Origin: Gammaproteobacteria bacterium
GTDB taxonomy: Bacteria; Pseudomonadota; Gammaproteobacteria; Eutrophobiales; Eutrophobiaceae
Assembly (NCBI GenBank): GCA_963422205.2
Contig: CAXMWX010000003.1
Coordinates: 257,565 to 321,564 of the forward strand
Direction of reading: 5' to 3'
DNA length: 64,000 bases
Each line of letters begins with the position of its first letter. The first letter of the stretch is position 1. The translations under genes were made by a program, and so were the position numbers. Shown in pieces: positions 21,289 through 29,066 of this stretch. The notes under the pieces were generated by a model. That model was not told the origin of the DNA. It ran no database searches and saw only the letters and a list, made by a program, of their open reading frames with translations.

Positions 21289-22018
21289 TATTTTTTCTAA
21301 CAAGAAGCAGCTTTCAAACATATCAAATATTTTAATTGGCTATCTAAAATTACCATTTTCTGGTGACACGATTCCAGGTTCTTTGATGGAATCGGTTATT
21401 GCGTCAGTAAGAGGTGGCGAGGTATTAAATACGTATGACTTTGTTGATGTAGTTAATCGAAGTCAGAAAGTTGGATGGCAAGTAAAGTCCACAAAAGATT
21501 CAACGCCGGTAACGTGGAAAAGAGCAAAAATTCCGAATTCACTTCAGTTGATAGAAGGTTCGAGGAAAAGTGAGAAAGGATTACAGAATCTTGGGGATTC
21601 GATCATTAAATTTTGCAATGACCATGCGATTGAGAGCTTTGATACGTATGGACTGAATGAAATTGGTTTTTCCAGGTTGATTGTTCACAAAAATGGAACC
21701 TTAACTTATTTTGAAAAAATCCTTTGCACCAAAGAATCTCCTAAAATATTCAACGAAGAAGACTTTGAATGGAAATGGTCAGTACCGAAAAAAACCAGAA
21801 AGAAAGAACAGCTACCTGCACTGCATGGTATTCACAAAAAGAGTCAAAAAAAGTGGTTTGCATGGCATGGGCTAGGAGAAAATCAACTGCATTTTAGTGG
21901 TGAAAAAGAGTGGTGGCCTAGCGATTCAAAAAACAAAATTGAATTTGCTTTTCCAAGCAAACGATTAAGTCAGACTGAATTGATGAAGCTTTTGAGTCAA
22001 ATTTCTTCAATCACTTAA
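21281..22018 (+). CDS. Putative type II restriction endonuclease
   Basis: Lies between the C gene and a convergent C5 methyltransferase; FVD..WQVK is compatible with a PD-(D/E)xK-type site; AT-rich codon usage. Specificity not identifiable by eye. Confidence 0.72.
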   Translation: MSNIFSNKKQLSNISNILIGYLKLPFSGDTIPGSLMESVIASVRGGEVLNTYDFVDVVNRSQKVGWQVKSTKDSTPVTWKRAKIPNSLQLIEGSRKSEKGLQNLGDSIIKFCNDHAIESFDTYGLNEIGFSRLIVHKNGTLTYFEKILCTKESPKIFNEEDFEWKWSVPKKTRKKEQLPALHGIHKKSQKKWFAWHGLGENQLHFSGEKEWWPSDSKNKIEFAFPSKRLSQTELMKLLSQISSIT

Positions 22019-23131
22019 AAAAACTTCACCCATAATTTTACCCAGCAATGGCGGGACAGAATTCCCCAGCTGCCCTGCTTGCTGGGTATAACTGCCAACA
22101 AACTTAAAACAATCCTTAAAACTATGCAGCCTGGCTGCTTCTCTAATAGTTATCAGTCTTAAATCTAAAGGGTGTCCCCATCTTCCAGAACCTGCATGAA
22201 AGACCCATCTGGTGATGGTTGGCATAACCATCTCTTTGGTTAATCGACCGTATGCACCGCTATATCCGCCTTTGGGTCTTAAATGATCAGGCAGGTCTTT
22301 AATTCCTTGTCCTGGCTGTAACGAAGAAATTCTCTCATATTGAGCAGGTTTTAGCGTTTTTGCCACATGGTTGTAAGTTTGTGTACAGCCATTTCTGATG
22401 AATTCTTGGTATTCATTTTGTGGGTCGGTGTAATAGCAATCAGGGCTTGTGCCTTCTCCATGTTTTAAAGGTCTCAGGTCACTAATTGCATCCCACACAG
22501 TGATATGATATTTTTTCAAGCTGAACAAATCATTCGAAGCCTCTTTAGCATGTGTTTCGCTAGGCTTTCTGGGGGCAACTCCATCTCTACGTGCCATAAA
22601 AAATGCACGATGCCTTCTTTGTGGTACCCCATAATCAGCAGCATTATGAACACCGTGAATGACTTGATAGCCAGCATTAGTGAGTCGCTCAACAATTTTA
22701 TCCGTATAATGCTGCCCGAATCCATTTCTCATTTCTGCTACATTTTCCATCAGCACCCACTTGGGTAATATCGTCTCGCAATGTTCCAGAAATGTTTTTA
22801 CCAATGTATTGTTTTCACTATCTAATTGCCTTTGTGAGCGTGGCACATTCTTTGAAAACCCTTGGCAAGGCGACCCGCCGGCCAACAAATCAAGTTCGCC
22901 AACTTTTAATTTAAATTTCGATAGAAGTTCCAAAGAGTCTACTTTTGAGACATCGGCACAAAATGGAAGAGCGCCCGGAAAATTTTCAGTAAATGTTTGT
23001 ATGTAATTTGGTTCAATATCTATGCCTGCCAATACGTCAAATCCGGCATCTCTAAGTCCAGCGGACAGCCCGCCACAACCGCAAAATAAGTCAATAGCTT
23101 TCAAAACAAAATCCAAGGTTGAGTTAAGCAA
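22007..23131 (-). CDS. DNA cytosine-5 methyltransferase
   Basis: Motifs I DLFCGCGG, IV GGSPCQGFS, VI MENV, VIII GVPQRRHR, IX IREAARLHSF, X QLGNSVPP. Start uncertain (TTG at 23131 or 23104). Confidence 0.95.
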   Translation of the reverse strand: MLNSTLDFVLKAIDLFCGCGGLSAGLRDAGFDVLAGIDIEPNYIQTFTENFPGALPFCADVSKVDSLELLSKFKLKVGELDLLAGGSPCQGFSKNVPRSQRQLDSENNTLVKTFLEHCETILPKWVLMENVAEMRNGFGQHYTDKIVERLTNAGYQVIHGVHNAADYGVPQRRHRAFFMARRDGVAPRKPSETHAKEASNDLFSLKKYHITVWDAISDLRPLKHGEGTSPDCYYTDPQNEYQEFIRNGCTQTYNHVAKTLKPAQYERISSLQPGQGIKDLPDHLRPKGGYSGAYGRLTKEMVMPTITRWVFHAGSGRWGHPLDLRLITIREAARLHSFKDCFKFVGSYTQQAGQLGNSVPPLLGKIMGEVFLSD

Positions 23132-23135
23132 TAAT

Positions 23136-23152
23136 GTTACATATAGTATTCA
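23136..23152. promoter_or_regulatory. Single C-box-like site upstream of the methyltransferase gene
   Basis: GTTACATATAGTATTCA shares ATATAGTATTCA exactly with 21039-21050 and matches GTTACGTATAGTC (21019-21031) at 11 of 13 positions. Confidence 0.55.
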
Positions 23153-23271
23153 TTTTATTGGATGTGTCAAGCCTTAAACCAGTATATGCTGTCTGGCTGT
23201 TTTTCCACTGTGCCCCAAACCAGCCGTGCAGGCGTTACATGTAAAAGGAAGGGTCCCAGGAAGGTATCCGA

Positions 23272-23377
23272 AAAGAGACCGGGGTTTCGCTTTAATCATT
23301 GCCGTGATAACCTACATCAGATTATTTTGACAATGTTTCGTGAGAAGCCAATTTAATCACTTAAGTTCCTAAGGGCC
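23272..23377 (+). mobile_element. Right-end remnant of an IS1595-family (IS1016-like) element
   Basis: Encodes FRFNHCRDNLHQIILTMFREKPI*, paralogous to 25992-26114, followed by the IR-like CACTTAAGTTCCTAAGGGCC (compare 26108-26127). Confidence 0.8.
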
Positions 23378-23405
23378 TTGAAAATATAAAATCGGGAGAC
23401 AAACA

Positions 23406-24788
23406 ATGAAAAACGACTTTAAACGCGTTTTCAAATGCCCTCCATGGGAGCCAGACAATCTAGATGAGGATGCTGTCAAAGACTTTACGAATAATGGAAT
23501 GATTGATCCGAATGCTGGTCCCCCAACGCCTGCAACTGCAAATCAGGGATCAATACCCGCTGGCTATACCTATTTCGGGCAATTTGTTGATCATGACCTG
23601 ACCTTTGACCAGACCGCCCTTGAAAATGCAGGGCAGGAGACCAGGCACGGCAGTATCCGAAATCACAGAACGCCTGTCCTTGATCTTGATAGTGTCTACG
23701 CCGGGGTAATTACAGATCACCTGTTTGTTTTTGAAGAAGGAGATTTTTCTGATTTGCCGAGGAGACAAGACGAGACAGCAATAATCGGTGATCCTAGAAA
23801 TGATGAAAATGCCATTATTGCACAGCTTCATCTGGCCTTTATGCGGGCTCATAACACCCTCATGTCCCGTCTTGCAGGTGATCGCGGCATTGCCTTTGCC
23901 AAGTCACGACGCATTCTGACATGGCTGTATCAGTGGATTGTGGTCAATGACTTCCTGCCCAGAATTATTCACGACGATGTATATGACTTGGCTTTCGTGT
24001 CAAGCGGCAAAACAGGCGGAAATATCAAATTCAATGTGACGAAATCAGAAATTCCCTTTGAGTTTGCCTTCGCAGCCTATCGCTTTGGGCATTCAATGGT
24101 ACGCGACAGCTATCAGACCAACAATTTCTCTGGATTTAATGCAGGGTTTAATACATTCATCAGGATATTTGATGCTGCATCGCAGGATGATTTACGGGGT
24201 GGCAGAGTTCTGACCAAACGTCGCATTATTCAATGGGACTGGTTTCTTGAAATGGGAAATACAGGCCCTTTCCCGCAGAAAGCCATGCCGATTGACACAA
24301 AACTGGTCAGGGCCTTAAGTGAATTGCAGGAACACCCTATTCCCGGTCAAATTGATAATATCCTGGCAACACGCAATATTCTGCGTGGTATACGCGTTGG
24401 TGTCCCCGATGCAGGGTGCGTTGTGACAGAAGTAGGAAAATTCTTGCACGTAACTGGCGTTGCAGTACCTGCTTTTGCGACTATTTCCGCCGGAACTACA
24501 GGCATTACTAGGGAAATGCATCATTCCCTATGGTACTACATCCTCAAAGAAGCAGAAGTACAGGGTAATGGTAAACTGGGGGTTGTTGGCTCGACAATTC
24601 TTGCCTTTACTTTTCTCTGGGTACTAAGGAACACAGAAAATTCCTACTTCAATCTTGAGCCCGGCTGGAAACCAGACAATGATCTTCAAAAAAACGGCGG
24701 ACCTTTAATTGCAGATGATGATAACCGGGATGATCCAAACTGGTCACTCGCCAGCATCATCAGGCTTTCCGGCTTACGAGTTACTTGA
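23406..24788 (+). CDS. Animal haem peroxidase (peroxidase-cyclooxygenase superfamily) protein
   Basis: GYTYFGQFVDHDLT (distal Q/DH), LDLDSVY, GDPRNDEN (distal R), AYRFGHSMVR (proximal H), RNILRG, LWYYILKEAE; GGGAG RBS; no signal peptide evident. Confidence 0.9.
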   Translation: MKNDFKRVFKCPPWEPDNLDEDAVKDFTNNGMIDPNAGPPTPATANQGSIPAGYTYFGQFVDHDLTFDQTALENAGQETRHGSIRNHRTPVLDLDSVYAGVITDHLFVFEEGDFSDLPRRQDETAIIGDPRNDENAIIAQLHLAFMRAHNTLMSRLAGDRGIAFAKSRRILTWLYQWIVVNDFLPRIIHDDVYDLAFVSSGKTGGNIKFNVTKSEIPFEFAFAAYRFGHSMVRDSYQTNNFSGFNAGFNTFIRIFDAASQDDLRGGRVLTKRRIIQWDWFLEMGNTGPFPQKAMPIDTKLVRALSELQEHPIPGQIDNILATRNILRGIRVGVPDAGCVVTEVGKFLHVTGVAVPAFATISAGTTGITREMHHSLWYYILKEAEVQGNGKLGVVGSTILAFTFLWVLRNTENSYFNLEPGWKPDNDLQKNGGPLIADDDNRDDPNWSLASIIRLSGLRVT

Positions 24789-24808
24789 ACCTCCATCTCC
24801 GTTCAGAG

Positions 24809-24844
24809 AAAAGCCTGCAGGAGGTATTTATCCTGCGGACTTTT
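24809..24844 (+). terminator. Intrinsic terminator after the peroxidase gene
   Basis: AAAAGCCTGCAGGA-GGTATTTA-TCCTGCGGACTTTT hairpin about 20 bp after the stop. Confidence 0.65.
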
Positions 24845-25339
24845 GGGGAATAGGGTTCTGTCTCTTTGTTAGAGAGAAAATAGCAGGAAGCGAATCATCA
24901 AATCGTCACGATATCCTTGTCGCTTTATACAATATCCCCATGAGGCATCGAATCGATGAACGATGTTACGATGTCGTTTTCTCAAAGCTCAAAGAAGTAT
25001 CGGGAAGCCCTCAGCAAATAAACCCATTGCGCCGCATAACACGATCTACGTTACCATCGAGATCATCCACAAGAAGTGAGTCGCCGGGCTGAAGAATTCG
25101 GTCAATGATCGGGTCGGGCTACACACAATCGGTCCAGCCGATGTTTGATGGTGTGACTAACTTGATCGTGCATTATTGGATCAATGTGCGGCGTACCCTT
25201 GGCCGCGAATTGCGGCACTTTGCTGCAACGAAGTCGGCTACCAAGGGTTCTAGTCTGTCTGGATCATCACTGCAGCAAAACAGACCAAAAACAGCAAGAG
25301 TCTTGGAAGTTAAGCGCCAGTGAACAGGTGCTACGCTTC

Positions 25340-25369
25340 CCTGTCTGCGTGCTGACACGCACAGGTAGG
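25340..25369 (+). repeat. 30-bp hairpin mini-element, copy 1
   Basis: CCTGTCTGCGTGCTGACACGCACAGGTAGG. Confidence 0.85.
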
Positions 25370-25711
25370 TGAAATGACTAGGGAAAACAGGCATTCCATC
25401 CGTTCCTTAAATCACCGAGCAGAATGTTCGGAAACTGATCCGCTGTTTTGCCCTGGAGTTGACCGCCTCCGACAGTGCCCGATTGACCGGCATTCGCCTG
25501 AGCTCGGTACACCCGATTTCCCTCAAACTGCGCCAGCGCATCGCGGATTTTTGTGAACAACAATCGCCCTTTGTCGGCGCGGTCGAAGTGAATGAATCCT
25601 GCTTTGACCCGCAGCGCGGTCGCGGTGCCAAGCAGAAAACCCTCGTCTTTGGTCTACTCCAGCGCCACGGGCAGCGGTTCACGGAGATCCTGCCCGATGC
25701 CCGCAACGCCA

Positions 25712-25738
25712 CCTGTCTGCGTGCATCGCACAGGCAGG
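25712..25738 (+). repeat. 27-bp hairpin mini-element, copy 2 (in-frame insertion in the transposase)
   Basis: CCTGTCTGCGTGCATCGCACAGGCAGG; removing it restores GCC ACA CTG (..NATLPAVIRG). Confidence 0.85.
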
Positions 25739-26059
25739 CACTGCCAGCGGTGATCCGGGGAAAAGTCGCGCCCGAGAGCATGATCCACTCCGATGGTTGG
25801 CGGGGTGATCATGGCCTAGTCGATATGGGCTACGTCAGGCACTTTCGGGTTGCACACGGGGCCAATGCGTTTGCCAACCAGCCCAGTCACATCCATGGCA
25901 TGGAGTCGTTCTGGGCCTCATACCATATTGAGCCAAACGGCGGCTGAGTGCCAGCAAAGGCATTTGTAGAGAGAGGTTTTATGATCATCTCAAAGAGACC
26001 GAATTTCGATTTAATCATCGCCGTGATACCCTCTATCAGGTTATCTTGAAACTGCTTCG

Positions 26060-26089
26060 CCTGCCTGTGCGTGTCCGCACGCAGACAGG
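26060..26089 (-). repeat. 30-bp hairpin mini-element, copy 3 (inverted, in frame)
   Basis: Reverse complement CCTGTCTGCGTGCGGACACGCACAGGCAGG; the paralogous empty site TTCG|TGAGAAGCCAAT is at 23337-23352. Confidence 0.9.
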
Positions 26090-26230
26090 TGAGAAGCCAA
26101 TGCAGACCGCTTAACTTCCTAAGAGTCAAAATTTATATCAATGCGACAGGACTCCAGGGCTGAGTTGCAGCAAGACAGCGCATCATCTAAAATGGCTATC
26201 GTTGTCAGATGTCCTGATGGAGTAGCCGGA

Positions 26231-27655
26231 TTAAAAATGCAGGGTGCGGTTATCCACGGCCAGGGCGGCCTCGTGCAGGGCCTCGGCCAGGGTCGGGTGG
26301 GCATGGATGGTGCGGGCTATGTCCTCGGCACTGCCGTCAAACTCCATCGCCAGCACGGCCTCGGCAATCAACTCTGATGCCGTTGGGCCGAGTATGTGAA
26401 CGCCCAGGATACGATCGGTTTTTGCATCGCTGAGTATCTTCACCCTGCCGCTGGTATCGCCCATCGCCCGCGCCCGACCGCTGGCCATGAAGGGAAACTC
26501 ACCCGCCCTGTATGCCGTCCCTGCACGCTTTAACTCTTGCTCGTTCTGGCCGGCCCAGGCGATCTCCGGCCAGGTGTAAATCACCCAGGGGATGGCATCA
26601 TAGTTGATATGGCTTGCCTTGCCAGCGATGCGCTCGGCAACGGCGATGCCCTCCTCGGATGCCTTGTGTGCGAGCATGGGGCCTCTTACCACATCGCCGA
26701 TGGCATACACATCGGGCAGGTTAGTCTTGCAATGATCATCGACCACAATGAAGCCGCGCTCGCTGATCGCAAGCCCGGCCTGTTCAGCTCCCAGACCGCT
26801 GGTATTCGGTTTTCTGCCAACGGCAACGATCAGCTTGTCTACCACCAGCTGTTGTTTACCTTCTTTATCCTCATAGGTGATGGTGACTTCCCGGTTATTG
26901 GAGCCGGTGCCGGTGACCTTGGCACCGAGGCGGACATCCAGCCCCTGTTTGCACAGGACTTTTTCGGCTTCTGTGGCGATCTGTCTGTCAACGGGGCTGA
27001 GAAACTCATCCATGGCTTCAAGGATAATGACCGTTGCGCCCAGCCGGTTCCAGACGCTGCCCAACTCCAGCCCAATCACGCCGGCACCGATAACGCCCAG
27101 CCGTCTGGGTACCTCCGTCATCGCCAGAGCACCGGTTGAGTCGAGAATTAATTCCTGATCGACAGGGGCAGGGGGGATCTGCATGGGCACGGAGCCGGTA
27201 GCCAGGATGATATGCCGGCCCTTGACGATATAAGGATCGGCCGCCTCGGCGGTATTGGGGCTGATCTCAATCTGCCCATCGCCAAGCAGCCTGCCGTGTC
27301 CCTGCAACCAGGCCACCTTGTGCTTTTTAAACAAGCCAGAGATGCCCTGTGTCAGTGTTTTCACCAGGGTGTTTTTGCGCTCCAGCATTTTGTGTATATC
27401 ACATGTTGCTCCATGGGCATTGATGCCATGATGACTGGCTTCGTGTTTCAAAAACGCATAATGATGAGAGGTATCGAGCAGGGCTTTTGAGGGAATGCAA
27501 CCGACATTCAGGCAGGTGCCGCCAAGCACAGGTTGATCTCTATCATTCAACCAGCCTTCAACACAGGCGGTGTTCAGGCCCAACTGGGCCGAGCGGATGG
27601 CGGCAACATACCCGCCGGGGCCGCCGCCGATAACAACCACGTCAAAATTTCTCAT
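26231..27655 (-). CDS. lpdA: Dihydrolipoamide dehydrogenase
   Basis: GGGPGGY, GGTCLNVGCIPSK, GAGVIGLE, HAHPTLAE; start trimmed to MRNFDVV (27655). Confidence 0.97.
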   Translation of the reverse strand: MRNFDVVVIGGGPGGYVAAIRSAQLGLNTACVEGWLNDRDQPVLGGTCLNVGCIPSKALLDTSHHYAFLKHEASHHGINAHGATCDIHKMLERKNTLVKTLTQGISGLFKKHKVAWLQGHGRLLGDGQIEISPNTAEAADPYIVKGRHIILATGSVPMQIPPAPVDQELILDSTGALAMTEVPRRLGVIGAGVIGLELGSVWNRLGATVIILEAMDEFLSPVDRQIATEAEKVLCKQGLDVRLGAKVTGTGSNNREVTITYEDKEGKQQLVVDKLIVAVGRKPNTSGLGAEQAGLAISERGFIVVDDHCKTNLPDVYAIGDVVRGPMLAHKASEEGIAVAERIAGKASHINYDAIPWVIYTWPEIAWAGQNEQELKRAGTAYRAGEFPFMASGRARAMGDTSGRVKILSDAKTDRILGVHILGPTASELIAEAVLAMEFDGSAEDIARTIHAHPTLAEALHEAALAVDNRTLHF

Positions 27656-27671
27656 CTCATCACCTTCGCCT

Positions 27672-29036
27672 TTAGATTTGCAGCAGCAGCCTGGCGGGGT
27701 CTTCCAGTTGCTGTTTGATTGTGACCAGAAAGGAGACGGCCTCGCGCCCATCAATGATGCGATGATCGTATGAGAGTGCCAGATACATCACCGGCCGGAT
27801 AACCACCTGGCCATGTTCAGCGACCGGCCGCTCCTGAATCTTGTGCATCCCCAAGATCGCACTTTGCGGCGGGTTGATGATAGGCGTGGAGAGCAGCGAG
27901 CCGAAGATGCCGCCGTTGGTAATGGTAAATGTGCCGCCAGTGAGATCATCAATCGTGAGTTTGCTGTCGCGTGCTTTTGCGCCGTAATCTCTGATCTGTG
28001 CTTCAATTTCAGCGAAGCTCAAGGTATCGGCATCGCGCACAACCGGCACCACCAGCCCCCTGGGCGCACTGACCGCAATACCAATATCAAAATAGCCGTG
28101 ATAGATGATATCGTTACCCGCTATGGAGGCATTGATGAGCGGGAATTTTTTCAGTGCCTCCACCGTGGCCTTGGTAAAAAATGACATAAAGCCCAGCTTC
28201 ACGCCATGATTTTTTTCAAAGTCATCTTTGTAACGTTGACGCAGTTCCATCACTGGCTGCATATTCACGTCGTTAAACGTGGTCAGGATGGCGTTTTCCT
28301 GTTGTGCTGCTAACAGGCGCTCGGCCGTGCGCCGCCGCAGGCGGGTCATGGGCACCTGCTCTTCCAGTCGCCCGGCCTCTTTTGTTTCGGTGTTATCAAT
28401 GGCTTCAGCCGCAGGTTGCAGGACAGGTGTATGGGCCGGTGCGGCGATGGGTGTTGGCGCTGGCGGGGGGGCAGCCTCACGCGGCTGCTGTTCGGGCGCC
28501 TCGCTCGCTTGCCGGGTGATGGGTGTGGTCGCTTCACTGACAGCAGGTGGCTTTGCCTGAAGCTGGTCAATGTGTGCCAGCACGTCTTCCCTGGTGATTC
28601 GATCATCGCTGTGACGGATATCAGCCGCATTCAGCCGATGTTCCTCCAACAGGTGGCGCACAGCGGGGCTTAGCTTGGCAGTCGCCAGACTGCCATCGTC
28701 CACTGGCAGTGATTGCTGTGTCGGTATGGCCGCTGGTGCGGGCGCTGCCGCCCTGGCAGCAGGTGCGGGTTTCACAGCGGCCTTGTCCGCAGCCCCAGCA
28801 TCGGTGTTGATCCTGGCAATCACCTCATCGCTTGCCACATCTTCGCCATCGTTTTTGATGATCTCAACCAACACGCCATCATTCGGTGCCGCCACTTCCA
28901 GCGTGACCTTATCCGTTTCTATGTCGATCAGGGAATCGCCACGCAAGACCTTGTCTCCGGTTTTTTTATGCCAGTTCATTAGTGTTGCCTCGGCAACGGA
29001 TTCTGCAAGAATCGGGACTTTGACTTCGACAAGCAC
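27672..29036 (-). CDS. sucB: 2-oxoglutarate dehydrogenase E2 (dihydrolipoamide succinyltransferase)
   Basis: Lipoyl [32 protein letters not shown]. Confidence 0.97.
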   Translation of the reverse strand: MLVEVKVPILAESVAEATLMNWHKKTGDKVLRGDSLIDIETDKVTLEVAAPNDGVLVEIIKNDGEDVASDEVIARINTDAGAADKAAVKPAPAARAAAPAPAAIPTQQSLPVDDGSLATAKLSPAVRHLLEEHRLNAADIRHSDDRITREDVLAHIDQLQAKPPAVSEATTPITRQASEAPEQQPREAAPPPAPTPIAAPAHTPVLQPAAEAIDNTETKEAGRLEEQVPMTRLRRRTAERLLAAQQENAILTTFNDVNMQPVMELRQRYKDDFEKNHGVKLGFMSFFTKATVEALKKFPLINASIAGNDIIYHGYFDIGIAVSAPRGLVVPVVRDADTLSFAEIEAQIRDYGAKARDSKLTIDDLTGGTFTITNGGIFGSLLSTPIINPPQSAILGMHKIQERPVAEHGQVVIRPVMYLALSYDHRIIDGREAVSFLVTIKQQLEDPARLLLQI

Positions 29037-29066
29037 GGGTTATCTCCTCACTAGGTTAGTCGATGA

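Larger units (their letters stand above)
25374..26114 (+). pseudogene. IS1595-family transposase pseudogene
   Basis: Three frame segments: MTRENR.. / ..RCFALELTA..VEVNES..HSDGW..MESFW / AKRRL..KETEFRFNHRRD. Frameshifts near 25407 and 25930; the first catalytic Asp appears as Asn (EVNES). Confidence 0.88.
25298..26127 (+). mobile_element. Degenerate IS1595-family (IS1016-like) insertion sequence, ~830 bp
   Basis: Terminal IRs GAGTCTTGGAAGTTAAGCG (25298-25316) and CGCTTAACTTCCTAAGAGTC (26108-26127) enclose transposase remnants; no target duplication seen. Confidence 0.88.

Noticed and set aside
24709-25556. Short plus-strand ORFs (127, 72, 62, 60 aa) in the island
   Set aside because: No motifs; they overlap the terminator, decayed DNA or the IS left end.
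25340-26089. Three hairpin copies as a degenerate CRISPR array
   Set aside because: Spacing is about 350-370 bp, one copy is inverted, and the intervening DNA is continuous transposase sequence.
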